Source: a virus. Taken from it: a DNA stretch of 64,000 bases. Below, piece after piece: positions 28,004 to 38,151 of this stretch. The notes below the pieces were generated by a model, which had not been told where the DNA came from, did not search any database, and worked only from the letters and a program-made list of their open reading frames with translations. The stretch lies in IMG/VR virus record IMGVR_UViG_3300044701_001468, one strand, 5' to 3'. The translations under genes were made by a program, and so were the position numbers. Positions within the stretch are counted from its first letter, which is position 1; every line of letters starts with the position of its first letter.

Positions 28004-29728
28004 TTAGTCTAATGTGTCTTCAGTAACGTATGAGTAATTTTTATGTTTCTCAAATCGTAGACAACGATCAAACTTATCCGCCATATTGTCGCGGTGAGAA
28101 ATAACAAATACGTTTGTCTTCTCATCAAAAGTTTTAAGAATCCATCCTAAGTCGCTGTTACCATTTTGATCAAGTGACCCGTCAAAGATTTCATCAAGGA
28201 TTAGAAGATTAGTATCCACGCTATTCTTAAGTTTAGCAACGCTACGCCAAGTAAGCAACAGAGCGATATCAATCCTAGCCTTTTCTCCTTCACTAAAAGA
28301 TTCATAACTAAATTCATCTCGGTAACGTGATTTGATTACTTCTTCAAAGTTTTCATCAAGGGTAAAGCTGGAAGCAAACTCCATCTTTTCCAAATACCCA
28401 TTGATGAGTTTATTCATCGTCGGGAGATATTTTTTGATGATCCTCGTTTTGATCCCCGAGTCTTTGAGTAACTGCGCCGCTGTGAGGAGGCAATCTTTTT
28501 CTTCTTTTGTTTCTGAAATCGTTTCTTGGATTCGCTTCCCATCTTCGCTGAGGGATTTAAGTATCGAAAACTGCTCCCGTTGATTGACATCTGAATTCCG
28601 CAGTTTTCTGATGTCGTCGTCCAGTTCTTCAATACGTCGATGAAGTGAGGTAATGTCATTCTTTAGTTGTCGGTTCTTTAGATTGAGTTCGTTTATTTCA
28701 TCAATCAGAAGAACAAAGGTATTCTCTTGACTTTGGAGATTGGAAAGTTGTTGTCCCAAATCAGACATTGCTTTCTCCACCTCAGCAAGTTTATCCGTGA
28801 GAACTTGGATCTTTTCTTGTTTAAAATGTTCCTCAATCGATTGCCCGCATGTCGGGCATGAATCATTCTGTTGAAAGAATACTTTTTCTTTATTATATGA
28901 CTTTTGCTTGGTTGTAATTTTGTTCTTGAGCGAGTCAACCTTAGCGATCGTTGCTTTAACTTTCGACGTGTCTGAAACGGCAGTGGTCTTAACGTTGATT
29001 TCCTTGTCGTTATCGAGAATTTGTGTCTCATAATTTAGAGCTTCAGTTAAAAGAATTTCTTTCTTATTTTCTTTCTCTTGGATGTGTTCTTTGTTTTTCT
29101 TTTCAATGTCAAGCATGAACTGCTTTTGCATGTCGATCTTCTCTTTAATTAAAGAGAATTTATATTCATGGTCTTTCAGTTCATCGTTAATAATTTTAAT
29201 CTTCTCCTTAAGATTGACATTCATGGTTGAGAAGATTTGAATGTCAAGGATGTCTTCGATGATTTCTCTACGAGCTGCCAACGGAAGACGCATAAAAGGC
29301 ACAAAGGTCGATGACCCAAGCACCACAATTTGAGTAAATGATTTGTAATTCATTTTGAGAATGGTCTGCTCAAAATGTTTTTGCTGATCTACAGCAGAAG
29401 CATCTTGATTAAGAAGAGCACCATTCTGATAGATTTCGAACTTCGCTGGTTTGATACCACGAATCACTTGGTATTTATTCTTACCAACATCAAAATTAAG
29501 TTCTACAACACAATCACTTTGATTGATTGAGTTGATCAGTTGGGGTTTATTAATCTTTCTAAAAGGTTTACCAAACAAAGCAAACGTAAGAGCATCCAAA
29601 ATGGTGCTCTTTCCTGCGCCATTAGAACCTACAATGATAGTGCTTTTTTTACTGGTCAGGTCAACCTCAGTGAACTGATTACCAGTTGAAAGAAAGTTCT
29701 TCCATTTAATCGTCTTGAAGATTATCAT
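28004..29728 (-). CDS. gp46: SbcC/Rad50-like recombination ATPase
   Basis: GSNGAGKS, Zn hook CPTC, FSEGEK, LILDE; start moved to MIIFK at 29728. Confidence 0.96.
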   Translation of the reverse strand: MIIFKTIKWKNFLSTGNQFTEVDLTSKKSTIIVGSNGAGKSTILDALTFALFGKPFRKINKPQLINSINQSDCVVELNFDVGKNKYQVIRGIKPAKFEIYQNGALLNQDASAVDQQKHFEQTILKMNYKSFTQIVVLGSSTFVPFMRLPLAARREIIEDILDIQIFSTMNVNLKEKIKIINDELKDHEYKFSLIKEKIDMQKQFMLDIEKKNKEHIQEKENKKEILLTEALNYETQILDNDKEINVKTTAVSDTSKVKATIAKVDSLKNKITTKQKSYNKEKVFFQQNDSCPTCGQSIEEHFKQEKIQVLTDKLAEVEKAMSDLGQQLSNLQSQENTFVLLIDEINELNLKNRQLKNDITSLHRRIEELDDDIRKLRNSDVNQREQFSILKSLSEDGKRIQETISETKEEKDCLLTAAQLLKDSGIKTRIIKKYLPTMNKLINGYLEKMEFASSFTLDENFEEVIKSRYRDEFSYESFSEGEKARIDIALLLTWRSVAKLKNSVDTNLLILDEIFDGSLDQNGNSDLGWILKTFDEKTNVFVISHRDNMADKFDRCLRFEKHKNYSYVTEDTLD

Positions 29729-29993
29729 AATTTGGCGGAGGAATAATAATGTCGTCAGGTTCAACTACAATGTATTTCATTCCTCTCAGTTCACACATAC
29801 CGATGCCTGCTTTAGCATCAACTTCATATGTTCTGAGAGGTGGGAGGTCGCCATCTTTATCGTTAGCTTCCAATAATCCGAGATACCTATCGGCATCGTC
29901 TTCGTCTTCAAAGAAGTATACCACATGATCACCCTCGTCGTCAATGACTGAGTATACGCCATCGGGATGCTCTTTAAGGGTGATGAGGAACAT
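29706..29993 (-). CDS. Conserved acidic hypothetical protein
   Basis: GVYSV...FFEDEDDADRY...LEA; usual position between gp47 and gp46. Confidence 0.7.
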   Translation of the reverse strand: MFLITLKEHPDGVYSVIDDEGDHVVYFFEDEDDADRYLGLLEANDKDGDLPPLRTYEVDAKAGIGMCELRGMKYIVVEPDDIIIPPPNYDNLQDD

Positions 29994-31042
29994 TATACTA
30001 CCTCACAGCTTTCAATATATAGGGTTTTCATAATATTCTTGAGTTTGTCTTTGTTGACGGATATCTCTACTTCGTCAATGTATTCATTTAGAAGTGATAG
30101 AGTATCTTTGATTTCTACATTCTCTTCTGTGTCTTCAATATCACTAGTAACCAAAGTCTCGATAATTTTAACATCATGCGGTTGAGAAGCAAATACGGAA
30201 TCTACATACTTCTCAAATGCTAGATAATCTTTTTTATCTTCTACGATAATCTTGACAAAAGTATTTGTACACTCAGCGGGAGTGACGCTGAGATGAGAAT
30301 CAGTAGAATCATTATAATAGATTTTCGTGAAAATCTCATAAGGGTTCTTGACCCGCTTGAGTTTATTTGTCTTTGGTTCATATAGATGAAATCCTCGCTC
30401 GTCTTTATAATCGTTCCAGAACATCTGGTAAGGATTGCCAAGATAGGTAATGTTACCTCTAGATGATTTGTGGTGATAGTGACCTGAGAATACTTGTTTG
30501 AACTTAGAGAAGATAGAAGCATCCATGCCATGATCCATCTTCATACCAGGAGTAACTTCAAATCCATTCAACTCCAAGTGACCCATAGCAATTTCGGCAT
30601 TGGTATCATTAATCCATGTCATTGTCTCATCGTAGTTCTGAGAATTAATCCATGGCATCATTAGAATTTTAGTATCCTCAATCATTACTGTTTCTGGTTT
30701 TGAATAGATTTCAATGTTACTAAAATCTTTTAGCAGAAGTTCTGGCGAATTAATTTCGTTGGTGTTCTTATAGTATACACAATGATTACCAAGAATCATG
30801 TGAACATAAACACCCATATCTTCTAGGCGTTGGAAATAATGCCGACGCACACGATTCCAAACATTAAAGTCAATACCTTTGCGATTGTCAAAGGTATCTC
30901 CCAGGTCAATAATTGTTTTGATGTTATGCTTTTCTAGTGTAGGAAAGAACACATCATCATAAAACTTTTTGAAATATTCCCAGAACGCGACGCTACCTTT
31001 TCTTCCGTCAAGGTGTTGGTCAGTAATAAGGGCAATTGTCAT
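29993..31042 (-). CDS. gp47: SbcD/Mre11-like nuclease
   Basis: TDQH, DLGD, LGNH, SGHYH metallophosphoesterase motifs. Confidence 0.96.
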   Translation of the reverse strand: MTIALITDQHLDGRKGSVAFWEYFKKFYDDVFFPTLEKHNIKTIIDLGDTFDNRKGIDFNVWNRVRRHYFQRLEDMGVYVHMILGNHCVYYKNTNEINSPELLLKDFSNIEIYSKPETVMIEDTKILMMPWINSQNYDETMTWINDTNAEIAMGHLELNGFEVTPGMKMDHGMDASIFSKFKQVFSGHYHHKSSRGNITYLGNPYQMFWNDYKDERGFHLYEPKTNKLKRVKNPYEIFTKIYYNDSTDSHLSVTPAECTNTFVKIIVEDKKDYLAFEKYVDSVFASQPHDVKIIETLVTSDIEDTEENVEIKDTLSLLNEYIDEVEISVNKDKLKNIMKTLYIESCEVV

Positions 31043-31533
31043 CGTTTAGATCTCATTTCAAGGTTTTCTTTGATGCTGTTCATATCAGCACTGCTGCTAT
31101 TATATCCATACATGTCACCGCTGTGACTATCCATATGCAAAACTTCATCAAACCCTGACCTTTCAAGAATCTTGGTTTTGATTTCTAGTTGCTTTTTCTC
31201 TCGTTGAATACGACGCAGAAAAGCATAGTAGATAATTTGAGTAAAGTAAGCGAATGGATTAGTAGATTTTTCTGGATTAAAATTATCAATATACTGAAGG
31301 CAGTTTTCAATACCATCACAAATCATATCTTCCCTAAACATGTAGTTGACAAAGTTTGGTTTGTATGATAGATGTGTAGCAATTTTAAGAAAGCACTCTC
31401 CAATATAGTTGGGAACCATTGGTTTAGGATCACCAGATTCTTTGGCAGCAGCAACCTTCTGCCGATAAACCATAAGGGCATCTAAGAACTCTCGGTTGTT
31501 TACATAATTTTCTTTAGTTGTCCTTTTACCCAT
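31039..31533 (-). CDS. gp55: Late-transcription sigma factor
   Basis: YVNNREF, YMFREDMICDGIENC, NPFAYFTQ; the ORF-track start lies beyond the -10, so the real start is 31533 or 31554. Confidence 0.95.
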   Translation of the reverse strand: MGKRTTKENYVNNREFLDALMVYRQKVAAAKESGDPKPMVPNYIGECFLKIATHLSYKPNFVNYMFREDMICDGIENCLQYIDNFNPEKSTNPFAYFTQIIYYAFLRRIQREKKQLEIKTKILERSGFDEVLHMDSHSGDMYGYNSSSADMNSIKENLEMRSKR

Positions 31534-31577
31534 TGGTTTATCTACTACTAGCATTGGTGGTATCCATTCGTGTTCGT

Positions 31578-31606
31578 ATTGTAACACACCAAATGGATTT
31601 TGTAAA
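31578..31606 (-). promoter_or_regulatory. Sigma70 promoter for gp55, TTTACA-N17-TACAAT
   Basis: -35 at 31601-31606, -10 at 31578-31583. Confidence 0.7.
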
Positions 31607-31611
31607 GGGGC

Positions 31612-31640
31612 TTGACAGAGGTTTCAAATCCGTATATAAT
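31612..31640 (+). promoter_or_regulatory. Perfect consensus antisense promoter TTGACA-N17-TATAAT
   Basis: 31612-31617 and 31635-31640; points into the Sm-like gene and uvsW. Confidence 0.75.
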
Positions 31641-31655
31641 AGCAATGTGGCGCTT

Positions 31656-32075
31656 TCAAGATTTGTTATATATCTCTTCTAATAACTTCTTAGCTTCTTT
31701 AATAGACCCTAAGTAACCTTCATGGTTCTTGGGGTTTTGTCTTTTTGAATTTGATTTAGGTTCAGAGGATCTTGATTTTCTATACAGACTTTTATCGTCT
31801 AAATGATCTTCATAGAATCCAGCAATTCTTTTATCGAGTTCGACCATTGTAATAATTTGATTACGAGGAATAATAAACATATCTTCCTCAGTAGCATTTA
31901 TCCAATCATCGAACACGATTCCTTCTACAATCATATTCTTTTTTTTCATTTCAATTTTCTCAACCACACGAGGATTGAAAACAATAACAACATCATCATC
32001 TTTGTCATAACAAACTTTTGCTACAACTTCTTCACCAGATGTTAGTTTCATTGTGGCATAAAACTCTTCTTCCAT
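31656..32075 (-). CDS. Sm-like domain protein
   Basis: FYATMKLTSGEEVVAKV...NPRVV...W...FIIPRNQIITM; conserved between uvsW and gp55. Confidence 0.7.
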   Translation of the reverse strand: MEEEFYATMKLTSGEEVVAKVCYDKDDDVVIVFNPRVVEKIEMKKKNMIVEGIVFDDWINATEEDMFIIPRNQIITMVELDKRIAGFYEDHLDDKSLYRKSRSSEPKSNSKRQNPKNHEGYLGSIKEAKKLLEEIYNKS

Positions 32076-32076
32076 A

Positions 32077-33555
32077 TTATCTTAGATCGATTTTGATTAT
32101 TTCTACATTAAACTTTTCTTCTTCATAGATTTTCAAACGCTCATCCAAATGTTTAAGCGTGTAGTTTTTTTGAGGTGTTCGGCAGAACTCATCTGCTATA
32201 TCGTAAAGAGTTGCGTAGGTTTTGTTTTGACCTTTACGAAGCACCCTACCAATAGATTGTAAATTTCTTACCCTAGACTTTGATGGAGAAGCAAATACAA
32301 CATTGTGTAGATTACGAATGTTAATACCTGTACTGAATGTTCCGTATGAAGCTACGATCACTGCATCATTTTCAATCTCAGTGATTCGTCTAATCTCTTC
32401 GCGTTCTTCTGTGTCTACTCCACCATAGACTAGAAAAACTTTACGACCTTCTTTAACGACACTATTTATGCTCTCGTGTAAAGGCATTCCGTGACGCTCA
32501 ACATAGTTAAAAAGAACTAATGTGTTTCCTTCTAGGTCTCTGACTAGATTGCGAATGAGACGATTACGTTTTGGGTTGTCAACAATTGCATCAATCTCAT
32601 TTTGATAATCAAAGAACTCTTGCTTCTCGTGTTTGAGTAGAAGAACCTTGATTCTAAAATCAGATAGGTGACCATCCTTGATAAGCTTGTCTGTTTTGAT
32701 AACATGCTTACACTCACCAAACAATCCTTCTAGCACCCACTTGTGTGTAGCAGAACCATCCAGTGTTCCAGTGAAACCAAAACGATATTTAGCTTCATGG
32801 AGTTTAGTCATGATGCCAGTAAGTGATTTAGATTTAAACAAGTGTGCTTCGTCACCGATGACACAAGAGAAATCATCAAACCAACGCTTAGGAAATTTGT
32901 AGATAGATTGCCATGTAGAAATGATAACTGCTTTCTCTACGTTCTTATCTTTACCGCCATAGATTTTGTGGCAGTGTTCCTCTACATCCCAACCATAGTC
33001 TTCGAAGTCTTTATACATCTGTTCCACCAGTGAAGTGGTGGGAACAATGATAAGAGTTTTCTTTCCTGTTTTCTTATACTCTGCTGCATAGTAGTAACGC
33101 ACCAGAGAATAAATCATCAAAGATTTACCTGAGGCAGTTGGGGATAATAAAAGTCTACGATTGTGTAGCAATGCTTCATACACTGCTTGAACTTGATAGT
33201 CGCGTGGTTCGTGATTAGGGCACACAGCACCCATGAAACCTCTAACACCTTCAAGGGAAATGTGATCATTCTTTTCTTCTACATCTCCGTAGAATTTGTT
33301 TGGTTTGTAATCAATTGAATAACCTTTGATTCCGCTCCATTCTTTGAGATGTGAGATGAGACCACAATAGAGCTCGCCTGTTCCTGGCGAGTAGAGTCTA
33401 ATCTTTCCATCCCACATGCCACTTCTATACTGGGGCATAAACTTGGCATTAGGGATATCGAATGTGAAATAATCTGCGAGTTCATAGTGAACGTGTGGTT
33501 CTGCGTTGATGGTTAAGAAGATGTTATTCTTCTTTGCGACTACCAGATTTGACAT
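32077..33555 (-). CDS. uvsW: SF2 DNA helicase
   Basis: PTASGKS, GDEAH, FTGT, QSIGRVLR. Confidence 0.96.
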   Translation of the reverse strand: MSNLVVAKKNNIFLTINAEPHVHYELADYFTFDIPNAKFMPQYRSGMWDGKIRLYSPGTGELYCGLISHLKEWSGIKGYSIDYKPNKFYGDVEEKNDHISLEGVRGFMGAVCPNHEPRDYQVQAVYEALLHNRRLLLSPTASGKSLMIYSLVRYYYAAEYKKTGKKTLIIVPTTSLVEQMYKDFEDYGWDVEEHCHKIYGGKDKNVEKAVIISTWQSIYKFPKRWFDDFSCVIGDEAHLFKSKSLTGIMTKLHEAKYRFGFTGTLDGSATHKWVLEGLFGECKHVIKTDKLIKDGHLSDFRIKVLLLKHEKQEFFDYQNEIDAIVDNPKRNRLIRNLVRDLEGNTLVLFNYVERHGMPLHESINSVVKEGRKVFLVYGGVDTEEREEIRRITEIENDAVIVASYGTFSTGINIRNLHNVVFASPSKSRVRNLQSIGRVLRKGQNKTYATLYDIADEFCRTPQKNYTLKHLDERLKIYEEEKFNVEIIKIDLR

Positions 33556-34031
33556 TAGGTGTTTCCGTTAATAAATTTTTCCCACTCAATAGCGTTCTTA
33601 ATTTGGAAACTTCTGTTGGAAATCATTTTAAGGATATTATCCAAAAAGAAAAGTGCCTTATTAATAAATTCTATTTTCATTTCGATGTTAATTAAATCCT
33701 CATCCGCCTCTAGATATACTTTCATCTTTTCGGATGTTTTGATGGATTGCCCAAATGGTTTTTCTTTGTAAACTTCTGGATCGGCTTCGCCTTGATAATA
33801 TTCTCTTTTTTGTTTTAACTTCATACGATACTGGAATTCCAGTGCAGTCTTCTCTGTGGAGAAATCGTTGTAGAAGTTTAAATATTTATTGTGTTGATAC
33901 GGGATGTCTAGGGAGATCTGTGCTAGATCTGCTGAGTATTGTTTGCTTTTGAATTGGAAGTCGATATGGGAATCTTCCTGCCATTCTGATTTAACATGAT
34001 CAAAGAGAGTTTTCAAATCATCAAATTTCAT
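33555..34031 (-). CDS. uvsY: Recombination mediator
   Basis: IPYQHNKY, EYYQGEA, RSFQIKNAIEWEKF. Confidence 0.9.
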   Translation of the reverse strand: MKFDDLKTLFDHVKSEWQEDSHIDFQFKSKQYSADLAQISLDIPYQHNKYLNFYNDFSTEKTALEFQYRMKLKQKREYYQGEADPEVYKEKPFGQSIKTSEKMKVYLEADEDLINIEMKIEFINKALFFLDNILKMISNRSFQIKNAIEWEKFINGNT

Positions 34032-34034
34032 AAA

Positions 34035-34547
34035 TTATAATTCCTTGTTTAATTTATTTCTAAAAATATAACGTGTAAATTTAAAAGTTACTTCAGCAGT
34101 TAAGTATTCTACATCTTGATCTGCTACATCAAAATCTAATCCAGTGAGATTTATTGGAAATAGATCTTCAAAATTTACAATTACGTTTGGTTGATAATTA
34201 CTATTTAAAATATATAATTGTCCTTCCGAATATTCAATATCTGAAGTTGCAAAATCTTCCGCTAAATTATTTTTTTGCAACCAATTATAAATTGTCAGAT
34301 AATTTTTCATATCTTCATCCACAATAAATTTTATTGTGAAATCTCCATATGTTATACCACCCGAAGAAATTAGTGGTACGTTTCTAAATTTTGAAGATAC
34401 ATCTACAAACGGAGCATTAACGTCAGGAACATTTGCTCGTTGGCAAAAAAAGTCAACACCAGGAAATAATTCTAGATTCATTTTAAATCCAGATGGAGCT
34501 AAAAAATTTCTATTTCCTGGTTGTTCTTGAAACCATTTTGCTGACAT
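34035..34547 (-). CDS. gp3: Tail tube terminator/completion protein
   Basis: NFLAPSGF, FFCQRANVP, FIVDEDMKNY, AEVTF; late promoter at 34567-34573. Confidence 0.85.
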   Translation of the reverse strand: MSAKWFQEQPGNRNFLAPSGFKMNLELFPGVDFFCQRANVPDVNAPFVDVSSKFRNVPLISSGGITYGDFTIKFIVDEDMKNYLTIYNWLQKNNLAEDFATSDIEYSEGQLYILNSNYQPNVIVNFEDLFPINLTGLDFDVADQDVEYLTAEVTFKFTRYIFRNKLNKEL

Positions 34548-34579
34548 GATCTTATCCTTTTTTCACTATTTATTTCCAT

Positions 34580-34604
34580 AAAAAAAGACCCCCGAAGGGG
34601 TCTT
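34580..34604 (-). terminator. Intrinsic terminator after gp23
   Basis: AAGACCCC-TTCG-GGGGTCTT followed by a T-run. Confidence 0.9.
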
Positions 34605-34622
34605 GAAAAATGATCGTGAAGA

Positions 34623-36062
34623 TCAGGTGAGGTTGATGACCTTAACTCTTCTGTAGTACTGGTTAGTACCAGCGGTAAGAGTTGAACCATCAGGAGTTCC
34701 ACCAGCAATTCCGTTGGATTGTGTGGTTGAAACGAATGGGTTGCTGACCATGCCGTAACGAGTCTTGAAGCCAATCTTAGGCTGGAAGGTGTCAGGATTG
34801 ATCGAACGAACCATTTGGAGAGGAACGTATGGGCAATAGAAAAGACCAGCATCATAAGGTGATGTGCCCTTATAACCCATGACATAGTAGTGCTTAGCAG
34901 CAGAACCCTGTGAATAAACAGGAGCACCGAATGGATCGATGTAAACGCGGATGCCACCCTGAAGAACGCCAGCGAAGACGTTACCAGTGTCATCAACGTT
35001 GAGTGAGGTGTTAAGAGCAGGAGCGTAATCTAGAGCGCCAGCAAGGTTAAGTGCCGAAGCAACGTCTGCTGAACAGATTACGAAGTTACCCTTACCTCTG
35101 CGGGTTAGTTGACCGATAGCATTAGCATCGCGCTGAAGTTGGAAGAGCATACCCTTGAACTTCTCTGCTTGCCAACGACCATTGGAGTCAACGTCGAGGT
35201 CGAAAGTACCAGGAGTAGCAACATCCTGTTGAGCACCTGCTTGAGCAACGGTGTAAACTGTACGGATGATCTCTCTGTTGATTTCAGCAAGGATTTCGCT
35301 GGAGAGAATGTTTGCTAGTTCCTGCTCAGCATCAAGACCATGGATAGCCTTGAGGTCTTGTGCGAGTTCTAGGGTGTAGTCTGCCTTGAGAGCACGAGTC
35401 TTAGCGGTAACCGAGGTCTTCTCGATGCTGAAGCTCATTTCACGGAAGAGAGCAGCAGCTTCGCCTAGAGTTTCTGAAGTCTCACGGGTCATACCACGAG
35501 CAACTTCATAAGCGCCAGGTGATGCGTCGTTAAGAACAGCAGGGTTGTTACCATCTGAAGTCGAACCACCACCAACTGAAGTACCATCAGCAGCACGAAC
35601 GGCGTAAGAACCAGCTGTGTTGCCATCGTTACCAGCAGAGAATCCTGAATCTGGTTCGTAGTATAGCGCCTCAGCACCATCACGAGCTTCGTAACGCGCA
35701 CGCATTGCGAAGATAAGACCAGTAGGACCGCTCATTGGTTGAACGCCAGCGATGTCATAAGCGACAAGGTTAGGCATTGAACGGCGGATTAGGCTGATTA
35801 GGATAGGATCGAAACCAGCAAGTCCTGTTGAACCTGAGTTTGAGGTTAGAGCACCAGTGCCAGCGTAACCGCCGACGCCACCAAGGCTGTTAACTGATAC
35901 TTCGTTTAGCATACCATGCTCTTCGCGGATGGCACGCTCTTGGTTTTCTAGCAGGGCGGCGGTAACTGCTCTACGATATGGATCTTTGATCTCTGAGAGA
36001 CCAGTGCCATTAGCGTTAAGGACAGGTGCCCACTTTTCCTGCAAAAGTCTTGAATCTGACAT
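34623..36062 (-). CDS. gp23: Major capsid protein
   Basis: FDPILISLIRR, GVQPMSGPTGLIFAMR, ELAQDLKAIHG, YCPYVPL, QPKIGFKTRYG. Confidence 0.99.
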   Translation of the reverse strand: MSDSRLLQEKWAPVLNANGTGLSEIKDPYRRAVTAALLENQERAIREEHGMLNEVSVNSLGGVGGYAGTGALTSNSGSTGLAGFDPILISLIRRSMPNLVAYDIAGVQPMSGPTGLIFAMRARYEARDGAEALYYEPDSGFSAGNDGNTAGSYAVRAADGTSVGGGSTSDGNNPAVLNDASPGAYEVARGMTRETSETLGEAAALFREMSFSIEKTSVTAKTRALKADYTLELAQDLKAIHGLDAEQELANILSSEILAEINREIIRTVYTVAQAGAQQDVATPGTFDLDVDSNGRWQAEKFKGMLFQLQRDANAIGQLTRRGKGNFVICSADVASALNLAGALDYAPALNTSLNVDDTGNVFAGVLQGGIRVYIDPFGAPVYSQGSAAKHYYVMGYKGTSPYDAGLFYCPYVPLQMVRSINPDTFQPKIGFKTRYGMVSNPFVSTTQSNGIAGGTPDGSTLTAGTNQYYRRVKVINLT

Positions 36063-36114
36063 TTGCTTAAAACTCCTTTGAGTGTTTGGGTTTGTTAATT
36101 ATTTATCGAAATGA

Positions 36115-37239
36115 TTACTGCCAGCGTGAGAGAGTCTTGAGGTATGCTGCCATTGCTGGTGACATATTCTCTTGACCTTCTGCTACTGCTTCATCAGAAA
36201 CTTGCTCAGTTACTACATGCTTAGGGAAGTAGCTGCTAATGAGAGTTGCGACTTTGTTCTTGAAGTCTTCTTCAGAAACAAATTCTACTCCTTCAGCAAG
36301 AGAAGCAAGCTTTTCTCTTTGAGTATCTACAAGACCTTCGCTCATTTGATTGAGGACGACTTGCTTATGATAACCAGCGAGTTTATTATTAAGTTCAATG
36401 TTACGCTCAAGTTGTTCGTTGAGGCGACCTTCCATTTCACAAAGCTCCTCAGTCATCGTTTCAACAACGTTGACTTTCTCCGATGGGAGATCGAGGTAGT
36501 TTTCTTCAAAAACTTTTTTGAGTCCACCCATGAACTCTTCTGCAATCTCAAGTTTGAGACCAGCATCAAGAGCCACTTGGTTCTCTTCTACCCAAGTAGT
36601 GATTGCGTAGTTGAGTGTTTCATCAACTTTAGTAGCAAGAGACGCAATCTCTTCTTGGAGTTTGGCGGAGAACTGCTCTTCGAGTGAAGAAGCGATAGCA
36701 GTTACTTGCTCTTCGATTCTTGACTTAACAGCAGCTTCGAAGATTGTTGATGCTTTCGCTTTGAAATCTTCGGAGAACTCTCCACCTTCGGTAAGGGCAG
36801 CAACATCTTCCTCAGCGGAATATTCGATTGCTTCCATACCAAATACTTTTACTGTGTTTTGAGTCGTTGACTCAAGACCATAACCAGATTGCTTAACTGA
36901 AGGTGCTGGATCCTGTCCTTTACCTCTGGTCTGGGCATCGCTAACTTTACTGATTCCTTTAGCAGCTTTAGCACCAGGATTTTCTTCGCCTTCTGGATCT
37001 TCAAAATCTGAACCACCATTGTCTACTTCAGATTCTGAAGGGACAACAGAAGTTGGAACAGTTGGTCTAGGGTCTTGACCCTTACCTCTAGTTTGCGCGT
37101 CGCTTACGGCACCGCCGACTGGTTGCATGTACTGACTACCAGAAGACTGACCAGGAACGATTGAAGGAGAGAGAGCACTTAGTCCAACTTCTGACTCAGT
37201 TACAAGCTCCTCAAACTTTTCGTTTAAGTTATCTGACAT
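36115..37239 (-). CDS. gp22: Prohead core scaffold
   Basis: FKAKASTIFEAAV, EKLASLAEGVEF; lies between gp21 and gp23. Confidence 0.93.
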   Translation of the reverse strand: MSDNLNEKFEELVTESEVGLSALSPSIVPGQSSGSQYMQPVGGAVSDAQTRGKGQDPRPTVPTSVVPSESEVDNGGSDFEDPEGEENPGAKAAKGISKVSDAQTRGKGQDPAPSVKQSGYGLESTTQNTVKVFGMEAIEYSAEEDVAALTEGGEFSEDFKAKASTIFEAAVKSRIEEQVTAIASSLEEQFSAKLQEEIASLATKVDETLNYAITTWVEENQVALDAGLKLEIAEEFMGGLKKVFEENYLDLPSEKVNVVETMTEELCEMEGRLNEQLERNIELNNKLAGYHKQVVLNQMSEGLVDTQREKLASLAEGVEFVSEEDFKNKVATLISSYFPKHVVTEQVSDEAVAEGQENMSPAMAAYLKTLSRWQ

Positions 37240-37292
37240 TTGAGATTCCTCGTAAATTCTACAATATGGTTATTCTATGATTATTTATTAAA

Positions 37293-37937
37293 TTACAAAC
37301 TTTGTAAGAAGTGGTTAAATGCTTTTAACGACCTCTCCTCAAGATTCTTTCTGGTAGATTCAGAAATATATCTTTTATATTTAGCAACATTTACTTCTTT
37401 AATGATGCCATTTTCCCACACCCACTCTTTTCCTTCCATAATTCCGTTAACAAATGCATCAGGTGCGGAAGGATCTGCTACAATATCAGCGGCAGTTGCA
37501 AGCATGAAATCATCACGAACATAGTTTGCTCCATTCTTTTCTTCAATAGAACCCATGCCTCTAGAAGATACTCCGAGTTTTACGCCAGACTCTAAAAGAG
37601 ACTTAGCGATATTGCCCATTGGAGTTGAAAGAATTTGTGCCTTGCCAATGAAATTGCTTCCTTCTGCTTTGAGAGAAACAATCTTATGTGATACACGATC
37701 AAGATTTACGGTTGGTCCATCTGGGTGTCCGAGTTCCCCAAGAGCACGACCAGATGTAACATATTGCTCTGTGTATCTACCAACTTCGCGCTCTAATACA
37801 CCGAAAGGATAAACGCGACCATTACGATTTTTAATATCTGCTTGAAGGAAAACACCTTCAATGTAAAGATTTTTTTTGCCGTTTGATTCTTCTACGAGGA
37901 CTTGTACTTCCTCAATGCTCTCGGTGATTAGTTTCAT
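37293..37937 (-). CDS. gp21: Prohead protease
   Basis: GELGHP, VSSRG, DIVADPSAP. Confidence 0.97.
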   Translation of the reverse strand: MKLITESIEEVQVLVEESNGKKNLYIEGVFLQADIKNRNGRVYPFGVLEREVGRYTEQYVTSGRALGELGHPDGPTVNLDRVSHKIVSLKAEGSNFIGKAQILSTPMGNIAKSLLESGVKLGVSSRGMGSIEEKNGANYVRDDFMLATAADIVADPSAPDAFVNGIMEGKEWVWENGIIKEVNVAKYKRYISESTRKNLEERSLKAFNHFLQSL

Positions 37938-38128
37938 TCTTCTGTTTCCTCTTGTGGTGATTCGAACTCTACCTCCTCTTCTGGAGAATCAAAGAATGAC
38001 TTAGCAACAATTTGCTTATAGTCACCCATTGCTTGTGATGCTTTTCCGTAAAGAATGTCAGCAATTTTATCTATAGCAGCGAGGCGATTGCCATCGCGCA
38101 CAGCGTTTACAACTTCAATAGTGTCCAT
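37934..38128 (-). CDS. Small prohead core protein (gp67/68-like position)
   Basis: Between gp20 and gp21; late promoter at 38149-38155. Confidence 0.65.
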   Translation of the reverse strand: MDTIEVVNAVRDGNRLAAIDKIADILYGKASQAMGDYKQIVAKSFFDSPEEEVEFESPQEETEE

Positions 38129-38151
38129 GTAATTAACCTATAATAAACTAT

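Noticed and set aside
34499-34996. 165-aa alternative-frame ORF spanning the gp23 end and terminator
   Set aside because: It crosses a strong terminator and a late promoter; a frame shadow of gp23
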